64,000 nt of DNA from Candidatus Entotheonellaceae bacterium (lineage in GTDB: Bacteria > Tectomicrobia > Entotheonellia > Entotheonellales > Entotheonellaceae): NCBI GenBank assembly GCA_965238075.1, contig OZ250173.1:640001-704000 (forward strand), given 5' to 3'. Below are positions 1 through 10,853 of the stretch, in pieces. The translations under genes were made by a program, and so were the position numbers. Below the pieces are notes generated by a model that made no database searches, was not told the origin of the DNA, and was given only the letters and a program-made list of their open reading frames with translations. Positions within the stretch are counted from its first letter, which is position 1. Every line of letters begins with the position of its first letter.

Positions 1-327
1 GACAACCCTGCCGCGCGGAATGTAGGCAGCGTGCACCCGGCCATGAAACGGCAGCAAATGGTGCTCGCACATGGAGTGAAACGGCACGTCCTTCACCAGC
101 ACCATCTCATCGTGCTGCTCGTCGAACACCACCTGCAGGTAGGTGCGCGGGTCTTCGTGCAGCCCCTGGAAGAACTCGCCATACATCCTGGCGACCCGGC
201 TGGCCGTGTCCTTCAGCCCCTCGCGGTCGGGGTCGTCGCCGATCGCCTCAATGATCATTCGCACGCCGGCGGCAATTTTTTCCTGATTGATCACGCCGTT
301 CACTGCCGGGGCGTCAGCTTGCTGCAT
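1..327 (-). CDS. folE: GTP cyclohydrolase I (runs off window edge)
   Basis: Manual minus-strand translation MQQADAP...[21 protein letters not shown]...[31 protein letters not shown] shows the FolE CEHH motif; AGGAGA RBS upstream. Not in ORF track because truncated. Confidence 0.93.
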   Translation of the reverse strand, partial: MQQADAPAVNGVINQEKIAAGVRMIIEAIGDDPDREGLKDTASRVARMYGEFFQGLHEDPRTYLQVVFDEQHDEMVLVKDVPFHSMCEHHLLPFHGRVHAAYIPRGRVV

Positions 328-458
328 CGCATGGTCTCCTGAGAATTGGCACTGTGATGTTCAAGGCGTTCACCTTACAGGCTTTTCCGGTGAGCCGCAA
401 ACGGCTGCGCCTTGAGCCAAAGCCAACATTATCCCTCGGGACGGCCGCCATTCCAGCG

Positions 459-1478
459 TCACGCGGAAAGCGCACCGTACGGGTTGTCTTTCAGTTCTCG
501 AGCCAGCATCTCCTGGTGGCTCAGCCACGCCGTGAAATTGGCGCACAGGGCGGCGTAGTGCTCGGCGTTGTCGATGTCCAGCGTACAGCCGCCGTACGGG
601 GTCGTCACAATGTTGAAGCGGGTGCTCAGGAGTTGCGACAACACGCTGCACACAGTCTGCAACGGCATGCAGATGGGCCGGCTGAGCCGGTAATCCCGCA
701 AGCCGTAGCGGGCCAGCAGGCGTGCCGCGTGCAAGCGCAGGAATGCGCCAACGAATTGCATGGAGCCACGCTGCTTGCCGATCAATTCCCAACACAGGTT
801 CAGGATGTTGTGCCATTCCTTCTGGTACCGGTATTCGTACATCTTCTCAAGATAGAAACGGTTGCCCAGCCGGAAGGGCTTCACCATGTGAAGGTTGTTC
901 TGGCGAATCTGCATGTCGCGCAGATTGAAATACGCCATTTTGATGCCTGGACGGCCACGCCGCGGATAGTAGGCTCGCAGTACCTGCTCCGATGTCATGC
1001 CCAGGAAATAGTCGTACCGGTTGACATCGCAGCTTGCGACGAACGCCTCGATCTCTTGCGGTGTCGCCACCGGGATGTCGCCCGACATGAACAGGGCCGC
1101 CTTGTCGGCCTCGGGCCTGTCCAGATAGACCTGCCAGCCGGTTTCAGGCGCGTAGTCCGGCAGGGTGTGCAGAAAACCTTGCCAGACGTTTTCGTAGAAG
1201 GTGTGGTATTGCTCAAGCAGGTGCAGGGGGCGCTTGCCCTGAAACGGGCTGTGGGGGCTGGCGAGGGCTTCTTCAAGCTGCGCGGTATCGCCTATGACGA
1301 AGATGCGGTCGGTACAGCGGGCGCGTTCGACGGCGCTGAGGACGTGCGAAATGACCGGCACGCCGGCCACGGGCAACAGGATTTTGTTGGTGCCCAGAAC
1401 TGCACGGCTCGCCCGGCGGTTTCCCGCCGCGATAATCACATCGAAACGATGAGGCGTCGGCAACATGGTCGGTTTCAT
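459..1478 (-). CDS. MobA-like/NTP-transferase (nucleotidyltransferase) domain protein
   Basis: N-terminal VIIAAG...NKILLPVAGVPVISHV and SGDIP motifs; start uncertain (1478 or 1466). Confidence 0.7.
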   Translation of the reverse strand: MKPTMLPTPHRFDVIIAAGNRRASRAVLGTNKILLPVAGVPVISHVLSAVERARCTDRIFVIGDTAQLEEALASPHSPFQGKRPLHLLEQYHTFYENVWQGFLHTLPDYAPETGWQVYLDRPEADKAALFMSGDIPVATPQEIEAFVASCDVNRYDYFLGMTSEQVLRAYYPRRGRPGIKMAYFNLRDMQIRQNNLHMVKPFRLGNRFYLEKMYEYRYQKEWHNILNLCWELIGKQRGSMQFVGAFLRLHAARLLARYGLRDYRLSRPICMPLQTVCSVLSQLLSTRFNIVTTPYGGCTLDIDNAEHYAALCANFTAWLSHQEMLARELKDNPYGALSA

Positions 1479-1632
1479 TTCCGCTGACGGATTCCAGATT
1501 GAGACACCTACTATACGGGGCAGCTTCCGCAGGATCAATTGCAACCATGCCCTGCCGGTTTGTGGCGGCGCGGCGCCGCTGCTAGAATGCCGTCGCTTTG
1601 TGATGCCCGAATGGCCCGAATGGAGGAGACAA

Positions 1633-2082
1633 ATGACGGTGCAACGTTTCTGGTGCAAGCTGAGCGGTTTCGTGTTGCTGGCGTGCATGCTGGCGGGTTG
1701 CGGCGTGCAGGCGTCCTACATGCAGGGCTGGGACCCGGTGGAGGACATCACGAATCGCTGGACAAGCGGCACGATCAACACCGACAAGCTGTCTGACGAT
1801 GAGCGCAACGTGTTCGAGGAATTCGGCACGCCGGACGCGCTGCGATTCTATCGCGACGTCGAATCCCGCAGACGCGTCTACGAGTGGATATACATGGAAC
1901 CGTTTCGCGCCGTGTGGTTTATGGACGGCACGCAGGTGGACTATGTCATGGTCGATACCAACGCGTCGAGGCAAACTACCACGGCGCGTGAGGCGCTCGC
2001 CAGGAAGCTAAGGACGGGCGGAGTATTGGCAGGGACCATCGGCAGCGTTGCGGCGGGAACGCTCTCACTCCTCAACGAATAG
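1633..2082 (+). CDS. hypothetical lipoprotein
   Basis: GGAGGAG RBS; signal peptide with lipobox LAGC. Confidence 0.7.
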   Translation: MTVQRFWCKLSGFVLLACMLAGCGVQASYMQGWDPVEDITNRWTSGTINTDKLSDDERNVFEEFGTPDALRFYRDVESRRRVYEWIYMEPFRAVWFMDGTQVDYVMVDTNASRQTTTAREALARKLRTGGVLAGTIGSVAAGTLSLLNE

Positions 2083-2123
2083 AACGGACGGCTCGTCCAC
2101 CATCCTGCTTCCGTCCGAAAATC

Positions 2124-2909
2124 CTACCAACGTCCGCGCGCCCGCTCCTTGCCCGGCAGCACTTCCAGGCAGGTCGTCCACCAGCCGGAGCGGATCGTTT
2201 CGACGAACGCCTCGGGCAACTGCTCTTGCCGCATGTCGCGCGCCAACGCCTGGTAGTCGTAATATACCGGAATGAACTCCACCTGCAGGTCGGGGTCGGC
2301 CGTCAGCAGGGTGTACCAGACGTGCGTCTCGCCGTCGTTCTCCGGGCGCCCGATGACGCCGACGTTCACGGCGTGGCGATCGTCCGGCAGGCGGCGATGC
2401 CACTTGATCCCCGTATGGGTGCACAGCAACACGTCCGCTTCATAGTCGCCGCACAGCTTGCTGAGAAAGCCGTCCGGCGTCGTGCTCTCCCATAGAAACT
2501 CGTTCACCAGCCGCGGCGAGCCGTGGCACATGTGCAACCGGTAGTTTCCCAACTGTATGCGCAGTATGTCCGGCAGGGTACGCAGCCAGCGTTTGTTTTC
2601 CTCCGAGGTGTGCCGAAAGGTGTATTCGTAGCTCAGCGCCGCATAGTAATTGTCGCGCGGGTCGGTGTAGCCGCAACCGCAGTCTGCCAACCCATCGGCC
2701 AGCGAGACGTCGTAGTTGCCACGCATGACCTGCACGCCGGATTCCCGCAGCAACGGATAAACGCGGTCCGGGTGGGGACCGAAGCCACCCAGGTCGCCAA
2801 GGCAGAACAGCGCTTCCGCCTGGCGCCGGCGGGCGTCATCGATCGTAGCGGCCAGAGCTTGGTAATTGCTGTACACCCCGCCAAACACGGCGATACGGCG
2901 ACAGAACAC
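2124..2909 (-). CDS. calcineurin-like metallophosphoesterase with CGCG motif
   Basis: LGDLGGFG, RGNYD, CHGSP and THTG motifs; the first metal motif is atypical (GGVYSN rather than SDxH). Confidence 0.85.
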   Translation of the reverse strand: MFCRRIAVFGGVYSNYQALAATIDDARRRQAEALFCLGDLGGFGPHPDRVYPLLRESGVQVMRGNYDVSLADGLADCGCGYTDPRDNYYAALSYEYTFRHTSEENKRWLRTLPDILRIQLGNYRLHMCHGSPRLVNEFLWESTTPDGFLSKLCGDYEADVLLCTHTGIKWHRRLPDDRHAVNVGVIGRPENDGETHVWYTLLTADPDLQVEFIPVYYDYQALARDMRQEQLPEAFVETIRSGWWTTCLEVLPGKERARGRW

Positions 2910-2919
2910 ATTGCCCCCC

Positions 2920-3807
2920 TCAGTAGTTGCTGCACGTCATGCCGGTGACGTAGCAGGTATGGCAAGCCGTGTGATAGAGCGAGCAGGGCTGCATCGCCTC
3001 GCTCAATGAATTTTCCGACAGACGCGCCTCCGGCTCCCCTACCAGCAGCGGACAGGCGTAGACACCGCCATCGGCGACGATGCGGGATTTAGTGCACTGC
3101 AGCGTGGTGACGTCGAAGCCGTGCATCATGCCCGGGGTGACGTAAGAAGCGCCCGTTTCCGAGGGATGCAGCTTGCCCATGGCGAATACGGGAATCACCT
3201 TCAGCCGAGGTTTTTCGATACCGTTTTCCAGCAGGAAATCTCGGAATTTCTGATAAAACCCACTGCCGTCACCCGCCTCCTGCGGGGTCGTCTCCTGCGC
3301 CTCGTAGAAGTATTCCGTCACCGCCACGATGGGTGGCAGTCCGCGTTTCTGTAGCAACTGCAGCGCCCTTAAGGCCCGGCGCAGGGCGCCCTTGCCGCGC
3401 ACGGCGTCGTTCCGCGCCTCGTCCACGTCGTCCAGGCTGATGCGCATCTCCAGGGAATAGGGCGACCCGGCGGCCAGCGCCGCCAACTCGCCGGCCACCG
3501 CCGGGGTGATCAGGGTGCCATTGGTCAGCACCGACGTGGCGGCCACCTGCAGCGAGCGCGCCAGGATGGGCATGATCTGCTTATGCAGAAACGGCTCGCC
3601 GCCGGTGAAGTACACCTCGCGCACACCGTGCGTCTCCGCTTCGTCGAGGTATCGGTACACGGTTTCCGGCGCCACAAATTTGAGGGCGTGGTTGGTCGGG
3701 CTACAGGATATGAAGCAATGGCTGCACGCCAGGTTGCACAGGGTTCCGGTCAGTTGGAACCACAGGGCGTGCAGGTGATGGAAAGGTGCCTGGGGTATGG
3801 TCTGCAT
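2920..3807 (-). CDS. radical SAM protein with Cys-rich C-terminus
   Basis: CNLACSHC (CxxxCxxC), FTGGEPF, C-terminal Cys cluster; start uncertain (3807-3888). Confidence 0.9.
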   Translation of the reverse strand: MQTIPQAPFHHLHALWFQLTGTLCNLACSHCFISCSPTNHALKFVAPETVYRYLDEAETHGVREVYFTGGEPFLHKQIMPILARSLQVAATSVLTNGTLITPAVAGELAALAAGSPYSLEMRISLDDVDEARNDAVRGKGALRRALRALQLLQKRGLPPIVAVTEYFYEAQETTPQEAGDGSGFYQKFRDFLLENGIEKPRLKVIPVFAMGKLHPSETGASYVTPGMMHGFDVTTLQCTKSRIVADGGVYACPLLVGEPEARLSENSLSEAMQPCSLYHTACHTCYVTGMTCSNY

Positions 3808-3951
3808 AAAGGGGTTCCCTGAGCCAAGAGGCCCTCGTGTTGTGCCCATGCCGGGGAGGGAGGTGTCGGCAGCGATTGTATCAGGCACTCAGATTTGCGA
3901 CAATGACCGCCCTTTTGTTGACCTGCAAACCGCCGGGATGAGGGTTTTTGC

Positions 3952-4851
3952 GTGAACACCGACGTGCAGCAGGCGCTGGCGCATTGCCGACAGGTGACCC
4001 GTCAGCAAGCCAAGAATTTCTATTACGCCTTTCTGTTCCTGCCCTCCGACAAGCGCGCGGCCGTCTACAGCGTCTATGCCTTCTGCCGCCATAGCGATGA
4101 CATTGCCGACGAGCCCGGCACCCTCCACGAAAAACAAGGCCAACTAAGAGCTTGGCGCGACGAGTTGGATAATTGCTATAACGGCAAGCCGACGTGCCTC
4201 ATCACGCGCGCTTTGCGGCACACCATGGAGCGATATCCCATCCCGCGGCGCTACTTCGAGGACCTGCTGCAGGGGGTCGAGATGGACCTGACCGTGCAGC
4301 GTTACGCCTCGTTCGACGACCTGCGGGTCTATTGCTACCGGGTAGCCTCAGCGGTCGGCTTGGCCTGTCTGGAGATCTTCGGTTACCGACATTCCGGCGT
4401 CCGGACATATACCCACCATCTCGGCATCGCCTTACAACTCACGAACATTCTGCGCGACGTCCGGGAAGACGCCGAGCGCGGCCGGATCTACTTGCCGCAG
4501 GAAGATTTACGAGCCTTTGGCGTACCCGAAGACGATGTGCTGCAGAGACGTTACACGGCAGCATTTGCTGCGCTGATGCAGTTTCAGCAGGAGCGTATCA
4601 TGAGCTATTACCGCCAAGCCGCTGCCTGCTTGCTGCCGGGCGACCGGACCGGCCTAATAGCGCCGGAAATCATGGCTGCCATCTACCGGGCGACGCTTCA
4701 CAAGATCCGACGCCGGCACTTCAACGTCTTTCACGGTAGCACGCGCCTGTCAGGGCTGCACAAACTGGCCATTGGCCTGGGGACGTTCGTGGCGCTCCAG
4801 ACCCGCGACAGATGGCCGGGACAACGCCAAACGACAGCCGGCAGCGGATGA
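3952..4851 (+). CDS. squalene/phytoene synthase family (HpnD/CrtB-like)
   Basis: NFYYAF, YAFCRHSDDIAD, YCYRVASAVG, LQLTNILRDVREDAERGRIYLP. Confidence 0.9.
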   Translation: MNTDVQQALAHCRQVTRQQAKNFYYAFLFLPSDKRAAVYSVYAFCRHSDDIADEPGTLHEKQGQLRAWRDELDNCYNGKPTCLITRALRHTMERYPIPRRYFEDLLQGVEMDLTVQRYASFDDLRVYCYRVASAVGLACLEIFGYRHSGVRTYTHHLGIALQLTNILRDVREDAERGRIYLPQEDLRAFGVPEDDVLQRRYTAAFAALMQFQQERIMSYYRQAAACLLPGDRTGLIAPEIMAAIYRATLHKIRRRHFNVFHGSTRLSGLHKLAIGLGTFVALQTRDRWPGQRQTTAGSG

Positions 4852-4889
4852 GGAGACCGCCTTTGACAACCCAGCGCCACAATGGTTCC

Positions 4890-5933
4890 ATGCAGGCGGC
4901 GGTGCTTTACGGGCCGAGCCAAGTTGCCGTCGAAACGCTTCCTGTCCCGGACATCGGCCCGGGCGACGTGCTGGTTCGCGTGGCCGCCGCCACCACCTGC
5001 GGCACCGACCTGAAGGTCTATTTGCAGGGCCGCCATGCGCGCATGCTGACGCCGCCGTCGGTCTTCGGACACGAGTTCAGCGGCACGGTGGCGGCTACGG
5101 GCAGCCAAGTGCGGGGTTTCGAGCCCGGCATGCGGGTGGTGTCCAACAATTCAGCGCCGTGCGGGTGGTGTTACTACTGCGGACGCGGCCAGCCAAACCT
5201 GTGCGACGATCTGGTGTACATCAACGGCGCCTACGCCGAATACATAACGGTGCCGGAGCGCATCGTACGCATCAATATGCTGCGCCTCCCCGACGCCCTC
5301 CCCTTCCCCGTAGCGTGCATCACCGAGCCCTTGGCCTGCGTGCTGCACTGCCTGGACTTGGCCGCGTTTGCCGTCGGGGACACCGTGGCGGTGAACGGCG
5401 ACGGCCCCAGCGGCCTGATGCTCGCAGCCATGGCCAAGCGGCGCGGCGCGCGGGTGATTCTTTGCGGCCGGGCGCCGCAGCGCCTGCGGGTGGCGCAACA
5501 GTTCGGTATCGAATGGCTGGTCAACTACGCCGAGGTACCCGATCAGGTCGAGGCGGTGCGCGCCCTGACGGAAGATCGTCGCGGCGTGGAAGTGGCCATC
5601 GAGGCGGTGGGACGGCCCGACGTCTGGGAAACCACCGCGGCGATGGTCCGCAAGGGCGGCCAGGCCATTTTTTACGGCGGCCCCCCTGGCGGCACCAGCA
5701 TGCGCGTGGACGCCCCGGCTCTCCACTACGACCAGATTACCTTGCAAGGTGTGTTCCACAACACCCCCACGCATGTCGCGCAGGCCCTGGAGATTCTGGC
5801 GGATCCCACATTGCCTTGGGCCTCGTTATTGAGCGCCACCTTGCCGTTGGCCCGTCTCCCGGAGGCTTTCCAATTGATGATGGCCCGTGAGGCGCTCAAG
5901 GTGGTCATCCTGCCGACACCGCAACCAGATTGA
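4890..5933 (+). CDS. zinc-dependent alcohol/polyol dehydrogenase (MDR family)
   Basis: CGTD, GHE, CxxCxxC...C structural zinc motif, GxGxxG. Confidence 0.9.
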   Translation: MQAAVLYGPSQVAVETLPVPDIGPGDVLVRVAAATTCGTDLKVYLQGRHARMLTPPSVFGHEFSGTVAATGSQVRGFEPGMRVVSNNSAPCGWCYYCGRGQPNLCDDLVYINGAYAEYITVPERIVRINMLRLPDALPFPVACITEPLACVLHCLDLAAFAVGDTVAVNGDGPSGLMLAAMAKRRGARVILCGRAPQRLRVAQQFGIEWLVNYAEVPDQVEAVRALTEDRRGVEVAIEAVGRPDVWETTAAMVRKGGQAIFYGGPPGGTSMRVDAPALHYDQITLQGVFHNTPTHVAQALEILADPTLPWASLLSATLPLARLPEAFQLMMAREALKVVILPTPQPD

Positions 5934-6107
5934 ATTTGCCCTCATATTTCAGTGGATTTTGAGGTTTTTTCCCGGTCTATTTTCGGCCATGCCCTTGACT
6001 TGGCTAGCGGAAAGATGGATTCTGACGCAGAGAGTCTCGCGACCACGGGAGACTCATGTTCTGGTGGAATGTTATGTGCTGTGACCTGCGAAATGAGAGG
6101 AGGACAT

Positions 6108-6407
6108 ATGACGAAGGCAGAATTTATTGATCAAGTAGTCAAGTCTGCGGGCGTGGAACTCAGCAAGAAGGACGTTGCCGGGGTTCTGGACACCGTTTTT
6201 AGCGTGATCGGTACGGTGATCAAGGATGAGAATCGCTTCTCCTATCCGGGGTTTGGCACGTTTTCGGTCAAGGAGCGATCCGCTCGCAAGGGCCGCAATC
6301 CGCGCACGGGCGCTGCGATCGACATCAAAGCCAGCAAGACCGTCGGCTTCAAACCGGCTCCCGGCCTCAAGCAAAATCTCGCCGCTCCGGCGAGACGGCG
6401 CCGGTAA
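6108..6407 (+). CDS. hup: HU family DNA-binding protein
   Basis: MTKAEFI...GFGTFSVKERSARKGRNPRTG...FKPA; GGAGG RBS. Confidence 0.95.
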   Translation: MTKAEFIDQVVKSAGVELSKKDVAGVLDTVFSVIGTVIKDENRFSYPGFGTFSVKERSARKGRNPRTGAAIDIKASKTVGFKPAPGLKQNLAAPARRRR

Positions 6408-6488
6408 GTTCCGAGATACCTGCACCAGACCATTCGGGGCGGGGAGTAAACGGCCGACCCCCCAACAAACGCAACTCACCGCCCTTGA

Positions 6489-8108
6489 TTAATACCCCAG
6501 AGCACACCCGTCCTTCCGATAGTCGCTCCCACCTTGCAGTACCCCTCGTTCGTAATCGATCAAAATGGCTTGGCCGCCGCCGTACGATACATTTTGCGCG
6601 CCGCGCGGCCACAGTTCGTGCCCCATGAAGCCCAACTCGTCCCGCACCGCCTGCGGGACGGCGCGTTCCAGCGCCACTTCGCGGCCGCCCATGATGCGGC
6701 AACGTGGCGCCTCCAGAGCCTCCTGGACGTTCATGCCAAAATCGATGCTGTTGAGGGCGACCTGGACGTGCCCCTGCGCCTGCATGTGGCCGCCCATGAC
6801 GCCGTAACACAGCCACGGCTTGCCGTCGCGCAGAATCATCGCCGGAATGATGGTGTGGAAGGGGCGCTTACCCGGCTGCAAAGCGTTCGGATGGCTGGGG
6901 TCGGCGACAAAACCGGCACCGCGATTTTGCAGGCAGATGCCCGTGTCGCCCGCCACGATGCCGGAACCGAAACCCTGGAACAAGCTGTGGATCAAGGAGA
7001 CGACGTTGCGCTCGGCGTCCACGCAGGAGACGTACACCGTGTCGCCGCAGGCTACCGGCGTGCCGGGTGAAAAATCGCCGGCCCGCGCGGGGTGGATTTC
7101 CTGGCGGCGGGCGGCGGCGTAGGCTTTGGAAAGCAACCCCGCGACCGGGACATCTGCGAAGGCGGGATCCGCAATGTAACGGTTGCGGTCGGCGAAGGCC
7201 TGCTTGGTGGCCTCGATGAGGAGATGGTAATACGAGGCTGAGCCGTACTCGTAGTCCGCGAGCTCAAAACCTTCGAGTACGTTCAGGGCCATCAGGGCGG
7301 TAATTCCCTGGCCGTTCGGCGGCAGTTCCAGGACCGTGTGGCCGCGGTAGTCGGTGCCGATGGGTTCCACCCATTCGGTGGTGTGGGCGGCGAAGTCCTC
7401 CATGTCGAAAAAGCCGCCGTTGGCCTGCGAAAACGCCACGATGCGCTTGGCGATGTCGCCGCAATAGAAAGCGTCGCGCCCTTCGTCGGCGAGGATCCGC
7501 AGCGTCTCAGCCAAGCGGGGCTGTCGATGGACGTCACCGGCCCGCGGCGCCTTGCCGTCGATCAGGTACGCTTGGGAACTGGCGGGATGCTGCGACAGCA
7601 GCGGCGCGTCATGTTGCCATTGATCGGCAATGACCTCGCTCACCGGAAAGCCGTCGCGCGCATACATCAGGGCGGGTTCGACGACGTCCGCGAAGCTGAG
7701 CCTGCCGTGTCGCTCCAGCACCTCCGCAAAGGCGTCGATGGCCCCGGGCACGGTGACCGACCCCCAGCCCTTCGACGGCACGCCCTCGATGCCCCGCTGC
7801 CGCAAGGCATCCAGCGTCAGGCGCCTGGGGCAGCGCCCGCTGCCGTTAACCCCGTAGATGCGTTGGTCGGCGGCCCGGTAGTAGAGCAGGAAGGCGTCCC
7901 CGCCAATGCCGGTGGACATCGGTTCCACCACGCCCAACGTCAGCGCCGTGGCGATGGCGGCGTCCAGCGCGTTGCCGCCCTTTTTCAAAATGGCCAGCCC
8001 GGCCTCGCTGGCCAGCGGCTGGCTGGTCGCCACCATGCCGTTGCGCGTCATGACGACCGAACGCCGTGCCGCAAAGCCGTCGCGTTCAAGGCGACTGGTT
8101 TCAAACAT
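6489..8108 (-). CDS. ggt: gamma-glutamyltransferase family protein
   Basis: GGNALDAA, GIGGD, ELPPNGQG, catalytic DTVY, LQNRG, KRPFHTIIP; start overlaps mazG stop. Confidence 0.92.
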   Translation of the reverse strand: MFETSRLERDGFAARRSVVMTRNGMVATSQPLASEAGLAILKKGGNALDAAIATALTLGVVEPMSTGIGGDAFLLYYRAADQRIYGVNGSGRCPRRLTLDALRQRGIEGVPSKGWGSVTVPGAIDAFAEVLERHGRLSFADVVEPALMYARDGFPVSEVIADQWQHDAPLLSQHPASSQAYLIDGKAPRAGDVHRQPRLAETLRILADEGRDAFYCGDIAKRIVAFSQANGGFFDMEDFAAHTTEWVEPIGTDYRGHTVLELPPNGQGITALMALNVLEGFELADYEYGSASYYHLLIEATKQAFADRNRYIADPAFADVPVAGLLSKAYAAARRQEIHPARAGDFSPGTPVACGDTVYVSCVDAERNVVSLIHSLFQGFGSGIVAGDTGICLQNRGAGFVADPSHPNALQPGKRPFHTIIPAMILRDGKPWLCYGVMGGHMQAQGHVQVALNSIDFGMNVQEALEAPRCRIMGGREVALERAVPQAVRDELGFMGHELWPRGAQNVSYGGGQAILIDYERGVLQGGSDYRKDGCALGY

Positions 8109-8931
8109 GTTTCCCCTCCTGGCGTAAACGATTCCAGATACCGTCCATCTCGCCCAGCGTCGCGTCCTCAATTCGCCGGCCACGCCGCGCGAGTTCCTGC
8201 TCGATGCCCCGGAAGCGCTGCTCGAACTTGCCGATGGCCTGGCGCAAAGCGTCCTCGCCGCTCAGGCCCAGGAAGCGCCCGAGGTTCACCAGGCTGAACA
8301 GCACGTCGCCGAACTCTTCCTGCATGGCGGCATGATCCCCAGCTGTGCAAGCTTCCCGCAATTCGTCAATTTCTTCGGCCACCTTGGCCCATACGTCGTC
8401 GACCTGCTGCCAGTCGAACCCGACGGACGACGCTTTTTCCTGCAGGCGCCGCGCCCGATTGAGGGCCGGCAGGGTGCGCGGCACGCCATCCAGGATCGAC
8501 TCCCTGCCCTTTTCCCGCTGCTTCGCCGCCTCCCAGCGTTGCCGGATTACCGCCGTATCCGCCGCCGGCTGGTCCCCGAACACGTGCGGATGCCGTCTGA
8601 TCAGCTTGCGAACCACGGTGCGAATGCTGTCGTCGAGCGTAAAGCGTCCCGCCTCGCTGGCCAGAGACCCTTGAAAAACGATGTGCAACAGCAAATCCCC
8701 GAGTTCTTCCCGCAATGCCCCCGCGTCGTCTGCCGTGACACTTTCCATCACCTCATACGCTTCTTCCAACAAATACGGCAGCAAGCTCTGCGCCGTTTGC
8801 TGCCGGTCCCACGGGCAACCCTGCTCGGACCTCAGCCTGTCCACCACGCCCATGAGCTCCAGCAGCAACTCCCCGGCCGTGTTCGTCTTGTCATCCGATT
8901 CGTTCAGTGCAGCATCGTCCGCCTGCTTCAT
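8101..8931 (-). CDS. mazG: nucleoside triphosphate pyrophosphohydrolase MazG
   Basis: GCPWDRQQT, EEAYEV, EELGDLL, KLIRRHPHVF, second EEFGDVLF domain. Confidence 0.95.
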   Translation of the reverse strand: MKQADDAALNESDDKTNTAGELLLELMGVVDRLRSEQGCPWDRQQTAQSLLPYLLEEAYEVMESVTADDAGALREELGDLLLHIVFQGSLASEAGRFTLDDSIRTVVRKLIRRHPHVFGDQPAADTAVIRQRWEAAKQREKGRESILDGVPRTLPALNRARRLQEKASSVGFDWQQVDDVWAKVAEEIDELREACTAGDHAAMQEEFGDVLFSLVNLGRFLGLSGEDALRQAIGKFEQRFRGIEQELARRGRRIEDATLGEMDGIWNRLRQEGKHV

Positions 8932-9355
8932 CTTCTTCCTCTTCTTTTTCCGGGATCTACCGTGCGGGCAGCATTCTACCGTTGCTCCCAGTCCCGAACA
9001 ACTCGCCATATGTCCCATAAACCGCCAGCCGTGGCCTGCCGCGCCCGCGCACCCGATTCACCAAAGTGCCTCCTGTTGCACTGGGCGCCTGTCGGGGTTT
9101 GACAGCAGAATTGTCACATGATGACACGTGTCGGTTTTTGAATCATGGCCGTGATGCCAGCACGCCTGACTGGCGGACAAGACCTACGGTGCGGGCGGCG
9201 CCTTGGTCGCTCGTCGGCGATATTGCAATCGCAGGGATGGCCCTGCATGTCTGTCTGCAAGGGGGCAGATACGCCGGCTCGCCCCTATTCCGCCTACAGC
9301 TGGACCTGCGGGACGCTGACTTTCTCAACGCTCTGGTGCGGCAGCAGCACGCCGA

Positions 9356-10765
9356 TCATGACACCCGCGTCGTCACGTCGATGCCGTCGCGGGCCAGATC
9401 TTCGGCGCGGGCCGGGGAAGCCATGGTGCCGGGCGGGTGGCGGTACCAGCCGGGGTCGTCGTAGGTGGTGAGATTGTCGCGCACCCGGACCAGGGTGAAC
9501 ATGCCGCCGCTGGTAAGGTACTCGCCGAAAGGGCCCGGCCTGCTTTTCATGGGGATACTGTTGCGTGGCATAGGCATCATGGAAGCCATGCGGCCCATGG
9601 CCATGCCGTCGTGACCCATCGTCATGTAACCGGGCACGAGCGATTGCATGCGCTGATCCAGATCCCCGGGTTGCATCCCTACCATGTTAGGAAAGCCATG
9701 GCCCATCTGGTTCATGACGTGGTGCGTCATGTGGCAGTGCAGCGGCCAATCGCCCGGAGCGTCGGCGACGAATTCCAGGTTGCGCGTCTGCCCCACAGCG
9801 ACGAGCGCCGAGGTCTCGGGCCACTGGGCCGACAGCGGAATGTCCTCGCCATCGGTGGCGGCGATACGGAAGCGAAAGCCGTGCAAGTGAATGGGGTGGT
9901 GGTGCATCTGGCTCAGATTGCCCAGCCGGATGCGCACCCTGTCACCCGTTTTGCAGACCAGCGGCGCGGTAGACGGAAAGCACTTGCCGTTCATCGTCAG
10001 AATATTGAAATCGCTCATCTCCAGGGTGTTGGGGCGCGAGGTGCCGGGCGCGATGGCCCACTCGCTGAGCATGATGGCGAAATCGCGGTCGACCCGGTAC
10101 TGCGGCGCCGGGGTGCGCGGATGAATCACAAGCATGCCGATCAGCCCCATGCCCTCTTGCGTCATGGTGTCGTGGTGGGAGTGATACATGAAGGTGCCAT
10201 GCTGCCGCAGGGTCCACTCGTACCTGAATGTCTCACCGGGCTTGATGCTGGGATGGCTGAGGCCGCTGACCCCATCCATGCCGTTGGGCACGTACACACC
10301 GTGCCAGTGGACGGAGGTCGGCACCTGCAGGCGATTGGTGACGTAGATGCGCACGCGCTCGCCCTCGACGGCCTCGATCACCGTGCTGTTGACGTGGCCG
10401 CTGTAGCCCCAGCAGGTGGCCCACAGGCCGTCGTCGAAGTCGTGCGCGATCTCTTCCGCAACGAGGTGAAAAACCTTGACAGCGTCGACGATCCTGAACG
10501 GCAGCGCGGCGCCGTTCGGCACGACAACAGGCTGATAATGCCGCCCCGGCAGGCCCGGCGGCAGGGGTTTCACATGCAGCGGGCCGCCGCTGTAACTGGC
10601 ATCCCAGTACGGCCGCTGGCCCGCAGGATCACCGCCCAGCGCGGCGGGCTGGTAATCCGACCCGACATTGGCCGCGCCGCTGCCAGCGCCTCCAGCCCAA
10701 GCCGCAGCGCCGCCGAGGACGCTGGCCGCGAGGCGTACCACATTACGTCTGGAAAGCCTTGTCAT
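9356..10765 (-). CDS. Tat-exported multicopper oxidase
   Basis: SRR Tat signal; HWHG, YHSH, HPIHLHG, HCHMTHH motifs; Met-rich tail. Confidence 0.92.
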   Translation of the reverse strand: MTRLSRRNVVRLAASVLGGAAAWAGGAGSGAANVGSDYQPAALGGDPAGQRPYWDASYSGGPLHVKPLPPGLPGRHYQPVVVPNGAALPFRIVDAVKVFHLVAEEIAHDFDDGLWATCWGYSGHVNSTVIEAVEGERVRIYVTNRLQVPTSVHWHGVYVPNGMDGVSGLSHPSIKPGETFRYEWTLRQHGTFMYHSHHDTMTQEGMGLIGMLVIHPRTPAPQYRVDRDFAIMLSEWAIAPGTSRPNTLEMSDFNILTMNGKCFPSTAPLVCKTGDRVRIRLGNLSQMHHHPIHLHGFRFRIAATDGEDIPLSAQWPETSALVAVGQTRNLEFVADAPGDWPLHCHMTHHVMNQMGHGFPNMVGMQPGDLDQRMQSLVPGYMTMGHDGMAMGRMASMMPMPRNSIPMKSRPGPFGEYLTSGGMFTLVRVRDNLTTYDDPGWYRHPPGTMASPARAEDLARDGIDVTTRVS

Positions 10766-10853
10766 TGCCTGTTTCTCCCCGTTGAGTAAGGAAAATCCGA
10801 ATCGGAAAGTCTGTCCCGGACTGGCCTCCGGGGCCGGCGCCCAGGATGCCCGC

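Noticed and set aside
9020-9350. Gap between mazG and the copper oxidase
   Set aside because: The short ORFs lack motifs and no convincing structure or repeat was seen.
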